Origin: an uncultured Candidatus Saccharibacteria bacterium
GTDB lineage: Bacteria > Patescibacteriota > Saccharimonadia > Saccharimonadales > AWTP1-31
Assembly (NCBI GenBank): GCA_964409615.1
Contig: CAYPDT010000001.1
Coordinates: 499,880 to 563,879 of the forward strand
Direction: 5' to 3'
Length of the DNA: 64,000 nucleotides
Part shown: piece by piece, positions 27,614-37,889 of the stretch
How positions within the stretch are numbered: position 1 is the first letter of the stretch
How the letters are laid out: every line of letters begins with the position of its first letter
Notes under the pieces: generated by a model
Databases searched by the model: none
What the model saw: the letters and a program-made list of their open reading frames with translations, nothing else
Told to the model about the DNA's origin: nothing
Translations under genes and position numbers: made by a program

Positions 27614-28867
27614 ATGCGTAAATCAACATTTATATTTATTGTCCTCAGCGGTCTGGCTTCTGTCTTTAACTATGCGGTCTATCCGATACTAGCGCGACTC
27701 CTGGATGCTAACGAATTTGTCCAAATTGCGGTTGCTTTAGCACTTTTCACCCAAATATCGTCGTTCATGCTTTCGATTGTTGCGCTCACTATCGGGCTTT
27801 CCAAGCAAGAAGGTGAGAAAAAATCAAAAGAAACTGTAGAAAAACTACAGGCTATATTGACCCATCTATTTGTGGTGTTAATAATTTGCTTTCTCGCAAC
27901 TTCGCCATTGTTCCTAAAAAGAATCGACCTTCCCGCGCCTCTTTTAGTCCCTATTTGCATAATGCTTGGTTTGTCTATATCTATGTCAATAATTTCAGGC
28001 TACTTAAATGGCAAACAAAAACTCGTAAAGCTAGGGATTGCAATTGCTCTCTCCTCTGGGCTACAGCTCTTGTTCAGTGTTTTGATTGCTGTAATAACCA
28101 AGAGTGGTGCTGCTACTCTTAACGCAATGGCGTTCGGCTCATTTATGGCCATCGTACTGACATACTGGTTTTACCGGAGTGAAAAACTCCCCCAACTCAG
28201 TTCTATTTTTTCTCATGGAATCTCCTTATATCAGGCAAAGTCAGTCCGGTCACTTGTAACATTTACTATTTCCTCAGCTGTTGCGACATTAATTATGAAT
28301 CTACTTCTCATTGCAGATTTGCTGCTTGTTAGTGGTCGACAAGTTGACACCAAACTCTATACCGATATGTATGTAGTCAGCCGGGCAGTCTTCTTTGCTG
28401 GTATGTTGTTTGTTTGGCCCTTCCTCTCAAATATTGATATTCGTAATACTCATCAAATACGTGGGTTATTCTATCGTCTACTGGCACTATTCGTACTACT
28501 AGCCAGTGGTGCAAGTTTAATAATGAGCCTTTTTGGACGACAGGTACTAGAATTGCTTCTTGGGTCTGATTACGGTCAACGAGTTGACCTAAAACAGCTG
28601 GCAATATTAGCTATTGCCTACAAATTCACATTCTTAGTGCTTTCTACACTCGTCTTATTCTTTATTGTCATACGGAGCTACTGGGCAGTAGCTCTACCGA
28701 TTGTCCTAGCGAGTCTTATTGGTCTTGGCCTGCTTATATTTGGCGAGCGCTCAACTACATATTTAGTCGCAAACTTGAATATTACGTCAGCTATTACATT
28801 ATTAATAGGAGCCGTTGGCTTCTTGCAAAAAACTCGCCATTCACCACCAACCTCAAAGGGTGTTTAG
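27614..28867 (+). CDS. Wzx-like (MOP superfamily) polysaccharide flippase
   Basis: 417 aa with about 12 TM segments and no soluble domain, in a glycan-locus context. The call is by architecture. Confidence 0.6.
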   Translation: MRKSTFIFIVLSGLASVFNYAVYPILARLLDANEFVQIAVALALFTQISSFMLSIVALTIGLSKQEGEKKSKETVEKLQAILTHLFVVLIICFLATSPLFLKRIDLPAPLLVPICIMLGLSISMSIISGYLNGKQKLVKLGIAIALSSGLQLLFSVLIAVITKSGAATLNAMAFGSFMAIVLTYWFYRSEKLPQLSSIFSHGISLYQAKSVRSLVTFTISSAVATLIMNLLLIADLLLVSGRQVDTKLYTDMYVVSRAVFFAGMLFVWPFLSNIDIRNTHQIRGLFYRLLALFVLLASGASLIMSLFGRQVLELLLGSDYGQRVDLKQLAILAIAYKFTFLVLSTLVLFFIVIRSYWAVALPIVLASLIGLGLLIFGERSTTYLVANLNITSAITLLIGAVGFLQKTRHSPPTSKGV

Positions 28868-30072
28868 TTAACCGTGTTTCGGGAAACAACAGAAACGAGA
28901 GCTTCGGCATGATTTGCCCATGAGTAGTTCTCTACAACCTTTTCCCAACCCTTTGCCCCCATAGAAGCAGCCTTGGCCGGATTTTTCTGAAGCCTTCGTA
29001 GGATTGGCACTATTGCCTTGGTGTCTTTTTCTTTTGTGTAAAACCCGTCTTCACCGTCTGTAAACAATTTACATACACCCTGACCCTTAGGAATCACAAA
29101 GGTCGTGCCATGTCCGGCCGCTTCTAGAGCCGGCATGCCGAAGCCTCGATCATCATTACTTTGCAGCACAACATTCGCACGTGCATAGTAGTTAGCAAGC
29201 TGAGCTTCAGTTACCTCACCGACAATATCAATTTGCTTCGTAAAACCGCGTTTCTTAACGCTCGCGAAGAACTCGTCAAAATAATCTTTCTCGAGCCATT
29301 TGCCCACCATTTTTATACGTATTTCTGGCATCGCCTCAACCACATCTAAGACATACTCCGGATGCTTACCCCGCTTCCAAGCAGTAGCCATCAGTACATA
29401 GTCACTTTTTTTCAACAACTTTTTGATTGGATGCACCGATGGGTAGATTACCGTAATTTTTTTTGACGGGTTCATTGTTCTAATAAATTTGTTATGTGCC
29501 GGGCCGCCCACCAGTACGGAGTCCATGTTGTTTATTAAGAATTTATCAAGGTGCTTTGCCATAAATTTTAATGTAGCCATAATCGGTGTTAGTACTTTGG
29601 TGCTGTAGACACGCTCAAGAATGTATGATGCCGGATCCCAAATAAATGCCGAGAAACCAATACCCCTTGTTTTCTTGAGGCTAACTGCTGTGAGCGCGGT
29701 ATATGTGCCGTGCACAATCAAATAATCAAACTCTTTTTTCTTGACTACAAAAGGAAGGAGGAATGGATATGTTACATGGAAGCTAGAAAAAAAGTTAAAC
29801 AGTGGGAACTGGAACGATAATCTAAAAAATTTTGGCAAACGTTGGTCAAGATACACAATCGGTACGTCTTCGAGCAAGTCGGCAAAGGCATCGGCCACAA
29901 CAGCTTTTTCGCGCAGAATCACAAGCTTTGCATCTTGGTCCTGCCTACGCAACGCTTTGACTTGTTCGATAGCTATCTTCTCTACACCACCAACATTCAG
30001 GCGATCAATCATCACACCTATCTTGCGACTGTCCTTAGGTAGTAAAGATTTTGATGATTTCTTGTTTTTCAC
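28864..30072 (-). CDS. GT4-family glycosyltransferase
   Basis: KIGVMIDRLNVGGVEK forms the N-terminal beta1/Gly loop, and NDDRGFGMPALEAAGHGTTFVIP is the EX7E-like region. The GTG start at 30072 overlaps the upstream gene by 38 nt. No other in-frame start lies upstream of the first beta-strand. Confidence 0.8.
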   Translation of the reverse strand: MKNKKSSKSLLPKDSRKIGVMIDRLNVGGVEKIAIEQVKALRRQDQDAKLVILREKAVVADAFADLLEDVPIVYLDQRLPKFFRLSFQFPLFNFFSSFHVTYPFLLPFVVKKKEFDYLIVHGTYTALTAVSLKKTRGIGFSAFIWDPASYILERVYSTKVLTPIMATLKFMAKHLDKFLINNMDSVLVGGPAHNKFIRTMNPSKKITVIYPSVHPIKKLLKKSDYVLMATAWKRGKHPEYVLDVVEAMPEIRIKMVGKWLEKDYFDEFFASVKKRGFTKQIDIVGEVTEAQLANYYARANVVLQSNDDRGFGMPALEAAGHGTTFVIPKGQGVCKLFTDGEDGFYTKEKDTKAIVPILRRLQKNPAKAASMGAKGWEKVVENYSWANHAEALVSVVSRNTVN

Positions 30073-31210
30073 GTTTTGTTAGCTCCGGGTTATTACCAAA
30101 GTATAGGCCCTGCTCGTGAATAAGTCCCGCGTTTGAGTCTTTCAAGGCTAGGTGTTTTTGGTGCTTAGCAAAGAATGGTTGCTTGGTCATGTCGCCACCA
30201 ACAATTGGTCGCAGTTCAATTTTACCATTGCAGCGATTTACTAGGTCATCGCGAATCTTCTTAGTCTTGCAGATTACTGGGAAGGCGAAGTTTGAAACAA
30301 AGTCGATGTGGTCATAACGGATAGGATAAAACTTATCGGTCTGATTATAAATTTTATCGGCAATCTCAAGGAAGGTATTCTGGCGAGTCTCGGTAATTTC
30401 TTTAAGGTATGGAATTTGCGTATTGCCAATAAACCCGTTAATTTCTGTTGGTCGTAAGTTATACCCTAAGTCATAGAATGTGTATCGTGAATAAAAGGTA
30501 CTGTTAACTTTATGCTTGTCACGAATTTTCTTTTGTTCCTGTTCCGCCAGGTTGCGGTCCCAGCCATGAGCCCTAACTAAGCGAAGCATGGTCGCCAGCT
30601 CTTCATCGTCAGTACAAATTGCACCGCCCTCAATAGTCGACATATGGTGCCCAACGTAGAAAGAGAATGTACTGGCCAAGCCAAAGTTGCCTAGTTTTTC
30701 ACCCCGGTAAACCGTTCCGAGTGACTCACAGTTGTCTTCTATTAGAATGATGTCTTCTTGTTCACATATGTAGCGTAGTTCGGCGATATCGTCACAAAAG
30801 CCTAATAGGTTAGTTAAGAAAAGAACTCGGATTTCATGCCGTCGTAATGTCTTGCGCAACATCGTACTCGATACATTTAATGTGTCAAGTTCTACATCTA
30901 TTGGTACCGCTGTAAGGCCTAGCTGTATTACGGGCATAACATTGGTCGACCAAGTTAATGCAGAAACACCTACCTTATCGCCGTGTTTGATTCTACCCTC
31001 ATTCAACAATGACTGTATGACGGCCAAGTTGGCTGAACTGCCACTGTTCACAAACACACAATGCTGGCGGCCTTGCCACTTGGCAAATTGTTTTTCAAAC
31101 TTTTCGCATTCCGGACCGAAGCTCATAATCTGAGATGTCTGAATGAAATTTACTAGTTTTTTCTTGGTTTCTGCCTCGTTATGGAAGGTCGATTTAATAA
31201 GTTTGATCAT
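30035..31210 (-). CDS. DegT/DnrJ/EryC1-fold PLP/PMP enzyme of the ColD/E1 sugar 3-dehydratase type (His replaces the Schiff-base Lys)
   Basis: FVNSGSSANL and IEDNCESLG are fold motifs. The active-site stretch is FSFYVGHHMSTIEGG (nt about 30623-30667), where aminotransferases carry SFxxxKxxxxGEGG. TDDEELATMLRLVRAHGWDRNL resembles ColD as I recall it. Confidence 0.75.
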   Translation of the reverse strand: MIKLIKSTFHNEAETKKKLVNFIQTSQIMSFGPECEKFEKQFAKWQGRQHCVFVNSGSSANLAVIQSLLNEGRIKHGDKVGVSALTWSTNVMPVIQLGLTAVPIDVELDTLNVSSTMLRKTLRRHEIRVLFLTNLLGFCDDIAELRYICEQEDIILIEDNCESLGTVYRGEKLGNFGLASTFSFYVGHHMSTIEGGAICTDDEELATMLRLVRAHGWDRNLAEQEQKKIRDKHKVNSTFYSRYTFYDLGYNLRPTEINGFIGNTQIPYLKEITETRQNTFLEIADKIYNQTDKFYPIRYDHIDFVSNFAFPVICKTKKIRDDLVNRCNGKIELRPIVGGDMTKQPFFAKHQKHLALKDSNAGLIHEQGLYFGNNPELTKREKQEIIKIFTT

Positions 31211-31218
31211 CGAGTGAA

Positions 31219-31224
31219 ATTATA
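31219..31224 (-). promoter_or_regulatory. -10 box TATAAT, 8 nt before the ATG at 31210 (leaderless-type)
   Basis: The minus strand reads ggtctaTATAATttcactcgATG. Confidence 0.4.
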
Positions 31225-31304
31225 TAGACCACAAGTACATTTACAAAACATCCTGACCTAAATCACAACAGTATATAATAAAACCACGGAGACAATGTAT
31301 TCAC

Positions 31305-32267
31305 ATGACTAAACAAAGCGGTAACCTTAAATCAATCAGCATAATAATTCCCGTATTCAATGAGCAAGACAACCTTGTTTGGCTTCACCAGAAAATTGAA
31401 AACTTTTTTAAACAGTACAGAAACACCTATACCTGGCACGCTATATATGTAGATGATGGGAGTGGTGATGAATCATTACGAGTTATACGTGAGCTCAAAG
31501 CAAGCCATCCAGAAAACGTAAAATATGTAACTTTATCGCGTAATTTCGGCAAAGAAGCAGCGACAAGTGCAGGACTCTCTGTCGCCGACAGCGATGCTAC
31601 TGTCATTATGGACGCCGACGGACAACACCCGATTGAGCTTGTCTCCACATTCATTGAGCTCTGGGAAAATGGAAACGAAGTAATTGTAGGTGTTCGCACC
31701 AGCAACACAAACGAAGGGTTCCTAAAGCGCTACGGATCCAAAGCATTTTATAAGGTTCTGCAGTTCGTCGGCGGTAAAAATGTAGTGGCCGGTACTACTG
31801 ATTTCAGGCTCATCGACCGTAAGGTAGTTACTGCCTTTAACGAGTTGACTGAGCGAAATCGAGTTACCAGAAATCTTATCGACTGGCTTGGTTTTCATCG
31901 TATTGAAGTTCCATTCAAAGCAGACGAACGACACGCTGGAGTTGCAGCATACTCGTTTCGTAAGCTTCTCAAACTTGCACTTGATGGTATAGTTTCGCAC
32001 TCAACACGCCCGTTAAAACTTATAGCGCTACTGGGCTCAATAATCTCTACCTTGTCTGCCGTGGTGGGAGTAGTGCTTGCAGTTCAAAAATATATACTAG
32101 GCGACCCAATCGGTCTATCCGTAACGGGGAGCGCCTTGTTGGCACTATTCGTAACATTCTTGGTGGGCATTGTGCTGGTCTGTCAGGGGCTTTTAGCACT
32201 CTACCTGGAAAGCGTTTACTACGAAACACAGAATCGGCCTCTGTACATTATTAAAGAAAGTAAATAG
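31305..32267 (+). CDS. GT2-family polyprenol-phosphate glycosyltransferase (GtrB/CsbB-like) with two C-terminal TM helices
   Basis: ISIIIPVFNEQDNL...YVDDGSGDES...IMDADGQHP are GtrB-type motifs, followed by a C-terminal TM pair. GGAG lies 13 nt upstream of the start. Confidence 0.85.
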   Translation: MTKQSGNLKSISIIIPVFNEQDNLVWLHQKIENFFKQYRNTYTWHAIYVDDGSGDESLRVIRELKASHPENVKYVTLSRNFGKEAATSAGLSVADSDATVIMDADGQHPIELVSTFIELWENGNEVIVGVRTSNTNEGFLKRYGSKAFYKVLQFVGGKNVVAGTTDFRLIDRKVVTAFNELTERNRVTRNLIDWLGFHRIEVPFKADERHAGVAAYSFRKLLKLALDGIVSHSTRPLKLIALLGSIISTLSAVVGVVLAVQKYILGDPIGLSVTGSALLALFVTFLVGIVLVCQGLLALYLESVYYETQNRPLYIIKESK

Positions 32268-33391
32268 TGCGCATTACGTGGTTTTCTTGGAAAGATATTA
32301 ATCATCCTCGTGCAGGCGGGGCCGAAAAGGTATCTGATGAAATACGCAAACGTCTTGCCCGTGATGGCCATGAGGTGACGTTAATCACCTCGATGTATAC
32401 CGGATCTACAGCACAAGACAAAGTTGATGGTGTACGGGTATTACGAAGCGGTGGGCACTTTAGTGTGTACTGGCAGGCACGAAAGGTTTTTAAGACCCTA
32501 CCGCAACAAGACTTAGTCATAGACGAGATGAACACCGTGCCGTTTATGGCCACATTCTATAGTAAAAAAACTACCAACATACTTCTTACCTATCAATTGG
32601 CGCGGCAGGTGTGGTTCTACCAAATGTTCTTTCCACTTTCAATTATTGGCTACCTAGCTGAACCGCTATACCTGCGATTGATAAGCAAACGATATCCGCT
32701 GGTACTAACGGAGTCTGAGAGCACCAAAAAAGATTTGGCGCGATTCGGCTTCAATAATTCAAACGTAGAAGTATTCCGTGTGGGTATGGAGACAGTTGCG
32801 GACAAGGGTGGCAAAAAAGAAGGGTTGGCTCAAAAGAAACCTGGGCAAATTGTCTTCTTAGGTGCTTTTCGACCGATGAAACGCCCGATTGATGCAATCA
32901 AAGCCTTCGAAGTTGCACATGCCGTCAATCCAAATCTTTCACTGGTTATGGCCGGGAACAACCATGGTCCTTATGCAGATAAGGTCGCTCGCTACGTCGA
33001 ACAATCTGCCCATAGAAGCGCCATCCATCTTAAGGGTCGTGTTACAGAAGAGCAAAAAAGTAAACTCCTACAAGAATCCCAGGCGATTATTGTAACTTCG
33101 ATAAAAGAAGGTTGGGGCTTGATTGTGACCGAGGCCAATAGTAAAGGCACGCCCGCTGTTGTTTATGATGCAGATGGGCTGCGAGATAGTGTTAAAGACA
33201 AGGTTACGGGCCTCGTTGTTCGTTCGGGTGATACAGGAGCATTAGGTCGAGCCATAGTCGACCTATTAGCCAATCCCGACCTTCTTGTTAAATACAGTAA
33301 GGCCTCTTTACAAGATTCTAGGCAGTACACCTTTGATATCTCTTACCAGGATTTCAAGCATGCGGTCAGCAAGATTATTGACCTTGCATAA
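32267..33391 (+). CDS. GT4-family glycosyltransferase
   Basis: The GTG start overlaps the previous TAG by 1 nt. AGGAEKV is the N-terminal loop, and IIVTSIKEGWGLIVTEANSKGTPAVV is the EX7E region. Confidence 0.8.
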   Translation: MRITWFSWKDINHPRAGGAEKVSDEIRKRLARDGHEVTLITSMYTGSTAQDKVDGVRVLRSGGHFSVYWQARKVFKTLPQQDLVIDEMNTVPFMATFYSKKTTNILLTYQLARQVWFYQMFFPLSIIGYLAEPLYLRLISKRYPLVLTESESTKKDLARFGFNNSNVEVFRVGMETVADKGGKKEGLAQKKPGQIVFLGAFRPMKRPIDAIKAFEVAHAVNPNLSLVMAGNNHGPYADKVARYVEQSAHRSAIHLKGRVTEEQKSKLLQESQAIIVTSIKEGWGLIVTEANSKGTPAVVYDADGLRDSVKDKVTGLVVRSGDTGALGRAIVDLLANPDLLVKYSKASLQDSRQYTFDISYQDFKHAVSKIIDLA

Positions 33392-33409
33392 TTACAGATT
33401 CACATTTGT

Positions 33410-33415
33410 TATAAT
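33410..33415 (+). promoter_or_regulatory. extended -10 TGtTATAAT, 8 nt before the ATG at 33424 (leaderless-type)
   Basis: catttgtTATAATggttactaATG read directly. Confidence 0.45.
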
Positions 33416-33423
33416 GGTTACTA

Positions 33424-34617
33424 ATGACTAAATCTTCTAAAAATGTGGCTAAAATTTTTGTTGATTGTGAAGTTCTTTGCCTGGAGCACTTCAGTGGCAT
33501 CGGCCACTACACTGCAGCCTTAATGCGAGAAGTAGACAAACTGCTTGATTTACCCGAGTATCAGCATTACCAAGTAACCCTTGGGGTGCCTTGGCGATTA
33601 GCATATCGAATACAGCGTTTTAACTTTAAGAACTTTACAATAAAACGAATGCCCCTTGGCCCACGCATTACAAATCAACTCAAAATGCGTAATCTACTGC
33701 CACCTCTAGACAGTATTTTCGGTAAGCAGGTGTACATATTCCCGCACTTTAGCACCTGGCCGACTATGAAAAGTCCAAGTATTCCAGTTATCTATGATTT
33801 GTCATTTGTTCTACACCCTGAATTCTCTGCAGATTTAAATAGTCGCTTCCTTAACAAGCAGACTAAGCTTGCTGCGGAACGTGCGACAAAAATTATCACA
33901 ATCTCGCAGAATAGCAAAAATGAAATAGTCGACCACTACCAGGTTAGCGCAGAAGATGTTTCCATTATCTACCCTATTATTGACGCCGCAGAATTCTACC
34001 CACGAACCGCCGAAGAAATTAAAACCGTACGAGCAAAGTACGGTGTTTTTGGTAAGTACATACTTTTCGTAGGCAATATTGAGCCACGCAAAAATCTTGC
34101 ATCACTTCTTCGTGCTTACTCAATGCTAGACCCAGAACAACTACAAGACTACTCACTGCTTTTGGTAGGCGCTAAAGGCTGGAAAGATGGCGAGATTCAC
34201 GACCTCATCACCGATTTGCAGCGCAAAGGTCTTAAAGTAGTACAACCCACAGGATACGTTACCGATGAAGATATGCCGGCCTTGGTTAGCGGTGCTTCAA
34301 TCTTCACATATGTTAGCCGCTACGAAGGTTTCGGCATCCCCCCAGTAGAAGCCATGTTTTGTGGTACGCCAGTTATATCCAGTGACAACTCTTCTTTACC
34401 CGAAGCCGTAGGCAAAGCAGCACTCATGGTAAACGCGGAAGATATCCAAGAAATTAGCAACGCAATTAAAAAACTCCTGGGGAGTCCTGCACTACAAAAA
34501 GAACTCGTAGAGGCTGGCTTTACTCACATTAAGAATAAAATGTTTGACCCCGTACAAGGCGCCCAGACACTTCTTGAACTAGCAGACCAAGCAGACAAAA
34601 AAGGAGCACGCAAGTGA
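33424..34617 (+). CDS. GT4-family glycosyltransferase (mannosyltransferase-like)
   Basis: ILFVGNIEPRKN and FTYVSRYEGFGIPPVEAMFCGTPVISS are GT4 motifs. Confidence 0.85.
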   Translation: MTKSSKNVAKIFVDCEVLCLEHFSGIGHYTAALMREVDKLLDLPEYQHYQVTLGVPWRLAYRIQRFNFKNFTIKRMPLGPRITNQLKMRNLLPPLDSIFGKQVYIFPHFSTWPTMKSPSIPVIYDLSFVLHPEFSADLNSRFLNKQTKLAAERATKIITISQNSKNEIVDHYQVSAEDVSIIYPIIDAAEFYPRTAEEIKTVRAKYGVFGKYILFVGNIEPRKNLASLLRAYSMLDPEQLQDYSLLLVGAKGWKDGEIHDLITDLQRKGLKVVQPTGYVTDEDMPALVSGASIFTYVSRYEGFGIPPVEAMFCGTPVISSDNSSLPEAVGKAALMVNAEDIQEISNAIKKLLGSPALQKELVEAGFTHIKNKMFDPVQGAQTLLELADQADKKGARK

Positions 34618-34835
34618 GTATCAGAAAAATAATCGCCAATATTCCTGTTATTGGCTACATCGCCCGATGGTTTTCTGGAATTGCATTTTTACCACGTCAC
34701 CTTTCTAGATTCCATCACGGCATAGACCGAGATGCCAAGAAAATAGCTGGCCTAGAGGCAGGATTGCTGCGGGCCAATAGGCAGATTATCGAATTAGAAG
34801 AAAAACTCGACAACCTGCGACACCAGAGCAAATAG
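34614..34835 (+). CDS. small hypothetical protein (73 aa) with an amphipathic N-terminus and a coiled-coil tail
   Basis: The GTG start overlaps the upstream stop (GTGA). I recognised no family, and coding status is uncertain. Confidence 0.4.
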   Translation: MSIRKIIANIPVIGYIARWFSGIAFLPRHLSRFHHGIDRDAKKIAGLEAGLLRANRQIIELEEKLDNLRHQSK

Positions 34836-34876
34836 CCCTGCTCCTTACATTCACGGTTACTCCACTCCAAGAGTAT

Positions 34877-36055
34877 CTATTTGGATTTAACTGCGACCGT
34901 AAAACCTGGGTCAACTGGATATGGCAGATGACGACCTTTTCGGATTTTAAAACTAGCAGCATCGTTCCACCAATCAGTAACCGTGATTGCATCACCCAGC
35001 AGGATCGCCGGGTCAACCAAATAGTCTCCGTCGCTCAAGACATTGGGTAAAGTCCAGGTAAATTCGGTTTTTTCGCCAGCGGTGGTTTTTGCAACGCTAA
35101 TGTTCTCTATTTTCGTGTTAGTTCCTGCGATTTCCTTGCCAGATACATCTCGAATTCTAATTCCAATAATTGTCGATAGGTTGTCAACGTAGGCTTCTGT
35201 GAGCTGTGTAATTTTTATGTTTTGTGGTGTAACTTGCACTGATATAGTGCTCGTCTTAACTGATTCATCACCCCAACGCTCACCGTCCACTGCCTCCGTA
35301 GTTGGTTTTACTCCATTAAAAAGCTGTCTGTATAGCTGCGTGATACGCTCTGGGGTGCTAATGGCTACCAGCTCGCTCTTTTCTATTAAGGCCACCCGGT
35401 CGCAGTATTCTTGTACAGCCGACATGTCATGGCTAACGAATATGACTGTCTTGGAATCCTTTTTGAGCCGCTTGAAATACTCGTAACATTTTCGCTGGAA
35501 GTCTGCATCCCCGACTGCCAAAACTTCGTCAATAAGCAACACATCTGCTTTAGCACGAACTGCCATAGAAAACGCTAGCCTCACCTGCATACCCGATGAG
35601 TAATTCTTAAGCTGCTGGTCCATAAACTTATCGAGCTCGGCAAACTCTACGATTTCTTGATACTGCTGTTCGATTTCTTTGCGGCTAAACCCAAGTAGGG
35701 CGCCATTGAGATAAACATTTTCTCGCCCGGTGAGCTCTGGATTAAAGCCAACACCAAGCTCAATAAAAGGAACGAGCTTACCTTGAACAGTGATTTTACC
35801 CTTGTTAGGCTGGTATATGCCGGCTATCATTTTCAAAAGCGTGCTTTTACCACTTCCGTTGCGCCCAACAATGCCAAAGAATTCACCCTTTTTTATATCA
35901 AAGTTAATATCTTTAAGTGCATGCTGAACATCTTTTTGCTTTTCACCTTTTGACTTCAAGAAGCCAGTTAAAAGTGTCTTCAGGGTACCAGCGCGACTAC
36001 TGGTGTAGTTAAAGTTCTTGGAAACATGACTAATGGTAACGGCATTTTCTGACAT
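34877..36055 (-). CDS. polysaccharide/teichoic-acid ABC exporter ATP-binding protein (Wzt/TagH type) with a C-terminal glycan-binding-like domain
   Basis: Walker A is GIVGRNGSGKSTLL, the signature is YSSGMQVRLAFS, and Walker B is VLLIDEVLAVGD. A beta-rich C-terminal extension of about 140 aa follows. Confidence 0.9.
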   Translation of the reverse strand: MSENAVTISHVSKNFNYTSSRAGTLKTLLTGFLKSKGEKQKDVQHALKDINFDIKKGEFFGIVGRNGSGKSTLLKMIAGIYQPNKGKITVQGKLVPFIELGVGFNPELTGRENVYLNGALLGFSRKEIEQQYQEIVEFAELDKFMDQQLKNYSSGMQVRLAFSMAVRAKADVLLIDEVLAVGDADFQRKCYEYFKRLKKDSKTVIFVSHDMSAVQEYCDRVALIEKSELVAISTPERITQLYRQLFNGVKPTTEAVDGERWGDESVKTSTISVQVTPQNIKITQLTEAYVDNLSTIIGIRIRDVSGKEIAGTNTKIENISVAKTTAGEKTEFTWTLPNVLSDGDYLVDPAILLGDAITVTDWWNDAASFKIRKGRHLPYPVDPGFTVAVKSK

Positions 36056-36858
36056 TACACTTGCTCCGCAAAGTATCGTGACTGTGACTTAAAGTAAATG
36101 ACCGAAATGACTAGAATCACCAGGACAATAGTCAGGGGTAATAACCGCATAGTCGGATTGGCATAGATACTACTAATCGTTTGGGTTTTAGGTGTTATTA
36201 GCACATACCGTGCGTCTTGGACTATCTGAGCTACTGGGTTAATCATGAGGACCTTAGCTGCAGCTACCGGTACTTTGCTAAGGGGGTATAGGAGAGGTGT
36301 AGCATAAAATGCACCCTGCATAACCACGTCCCAAATATAGGTAATGTCTCTGAATCGCACGAAAGCGGTGCTCAAGAAAAAACCAAGCGAGAGAGCGAAT
36401 ACAAACAATTCCAGGACTAACAAGGGGAGAAGTATTGCCTCTGGTCGCAAATCAACTTTATTAACGTACATAAAAACACCTACAACCAGCAGATTGAGTA
36501 CGAGGTTTATAAGAGCTGACACTGAATTCGCTAAAACAATGATGTATTTTGGAAAGTTAATCTTTCGAATCAAATCACCGCTAGAAACTATTACACTCAC
36601 ATTACCAGTGGTTATCTCGATAAAGAAGTTCCAAAGCACTATACCCAGCAACAAGTACACCGGATAGTGCGGCACATCGCGCCCGATATCTAGGAAGCGC
36701 GTAAACACAATATAGAGAATGACAAATATAGCCAACGGCCGTAGCAATGACCAAATGTAGCCAAGTACCGAACCCTGGTACCGTAGCTTAAAGTCAGTCT
36801 TGACTAGCTGTCTTAAAAGAATTATTGGATATCTGTAGCGTTGGGTAATATTTTGCAC
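36055..36858 (-). CDS. ABC-2 type polysaccharide exporter permease (Wzm/TagG type)
   Basis: 267 aa with 6 TM segments. Its stop overlaps the ATPase start by 1 nt. The start is GTG. Confidence 0.85.
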   Translation of the reverse strand: MQNITQRYRYPIILLRQLVKTDFKLRYQGSVLGYIWSLLRPLAIFVILYIVFTRFLDIGRDVPHYPVYLLLGIVLWNFFIEITTGNVSVIVSSGDLIRKINFPKYIIVLANSVSALINLVLNLLVVGVFMYVNKVDLRPEAILLPLLVLELFVFALSLGFFLSTAFVRFRDITYIWDVVMQGAFYATPLLYPLSKVPVAAAKVLMINPVAQIVQDARYVLITPKTQTISSIYANPTMRLLPLTIVLVILVISVIYFKSQSRYFAEQV

Positions 36859-36909
36859 TTCATCTTATTTTATATCTCTTTAGGCTATGCATCAATGTGA
36901 GTTTACATC

Positions 36910-36915
36910 TATACT
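36910..36915 (+). promoter_or_regulatory. -10 box TATACT, 6 nt before the ATG at 36922 (leaderless-type)
   Basis: catcTATACTaataggATG read directly. Confidence 0.4.
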
Positions 36916-36921
36916 AATAGG

Positions 36922-37857
36922 ATGAAGAAAACTATACTTGTCGTCGGCGTAAATGGATTTGTAGGTAAGCACCTTGCAAAGGAACTGCATGATGCAGGCT
37001 TTGCAGTCTATGGAACCGGACTCGACCCCGAAGCCGCAAGTGAAATAAAAGACTACGTCGACAGCTACTCTCAGTGCGACCTAACAGAGATAGAACAAAT
37101 TGCTAACCTACAACTTGAAGACATCGATGGCGTGATAAACCTTGCCGCCCTCGCTACCCCAAGCCAATCCTCAATACAACCAGAGCTATATAACAAAGTA
37201 AACGTACTCACCCACACTAACCTTTTGGACCGATTGGTTGAACTCAAGAAAAACATACGTGTTTTAGCCATTAGCACTGGTGCAGTGTACGACAGCAACC
37301 AACCAATGCCACTGACTGAAGATAGTACTTTAGTCACCTCAGGCTCTCCATATGCCATGAGCAAACTACAAATGGAAGAAAAGATTGAGAAATACCGAGA
37401 GTTGGGCTACGAAATAATCATCGTTCGCCCGTTTAATCATACCGGCCCAGGTCAAGGCCCAGGCTTCATAGTCCCCGACTTGACCATGCGTGTGATTAGA
37501 GACAACAAACTTGTGGTTGGTCCCTTAAATACACAACGCGACTACACTCATGTAAGCGACGTAGTGCGTGCATACCGAACGTTAATCGAACATCCAGAGG
37601 CCCTAAAGTACCATGTTTATAATGTCTGCTCCGGCGTAGCCACGTCGCGTGACGACCTAATCAAAACTATAGAAGATACTACCGGCAAACATAATCTAGA
37701 GATAACAGTCGACCAATCACTCGGCCGACCAAGCGACCCACTTGTGCTCTTTGGCAGCCACGACCGACTAACAGCCGAAACCGGCTGGCAGACAACCAAG
37801 ACTGTCGGTGAGACTGTTTCGGATTATGTTGCCTGGGCTCAATCCCAAACAACATAA
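36922..37857 (+). CDS. extended SDR, GDP-4-keto-6-deoxy-D-mannose reductase (Rmd)-like
   Basis: VGVNGFVGKHL, SPYAMSKL, VRPFNHTGPGQ and YNVCSG parallel the Rmd pattern I recall. Substrate specificity is not provable from the sequence. Confidence 0.7.
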   Translation: MKKTILVVGVNGFVGKHLAKELHDAGFAVYGTGLDPEAASEIKDYVDSYSQCDLTEIEQIANLQLEDIDGVINLAALATPSQSSIQPELYNKVNVLTHTNLLDRLVELKKNIRVLAISTGAVYDSNQPMPLTEDSTLVTSGSPYAMSKLQMEEKIEKYRELGYEIIIVRPFNHTGPGQGPGFIVPDLTMRVIRDNKLVVGPLNTQRDYTHVSDVVRAYRTLIEHPEALKYHVYNVCSGVATSRDDLIKTIEDTTGKHNLEITVDQSLGRPSDPLVLFGSHDRLTAETGWQTTKTVGETVSDYVAWAQSQTT

Positions 37858-37889
37858 TCAGTTAGTTTTTCCAAAAGACTAGGGCTAAC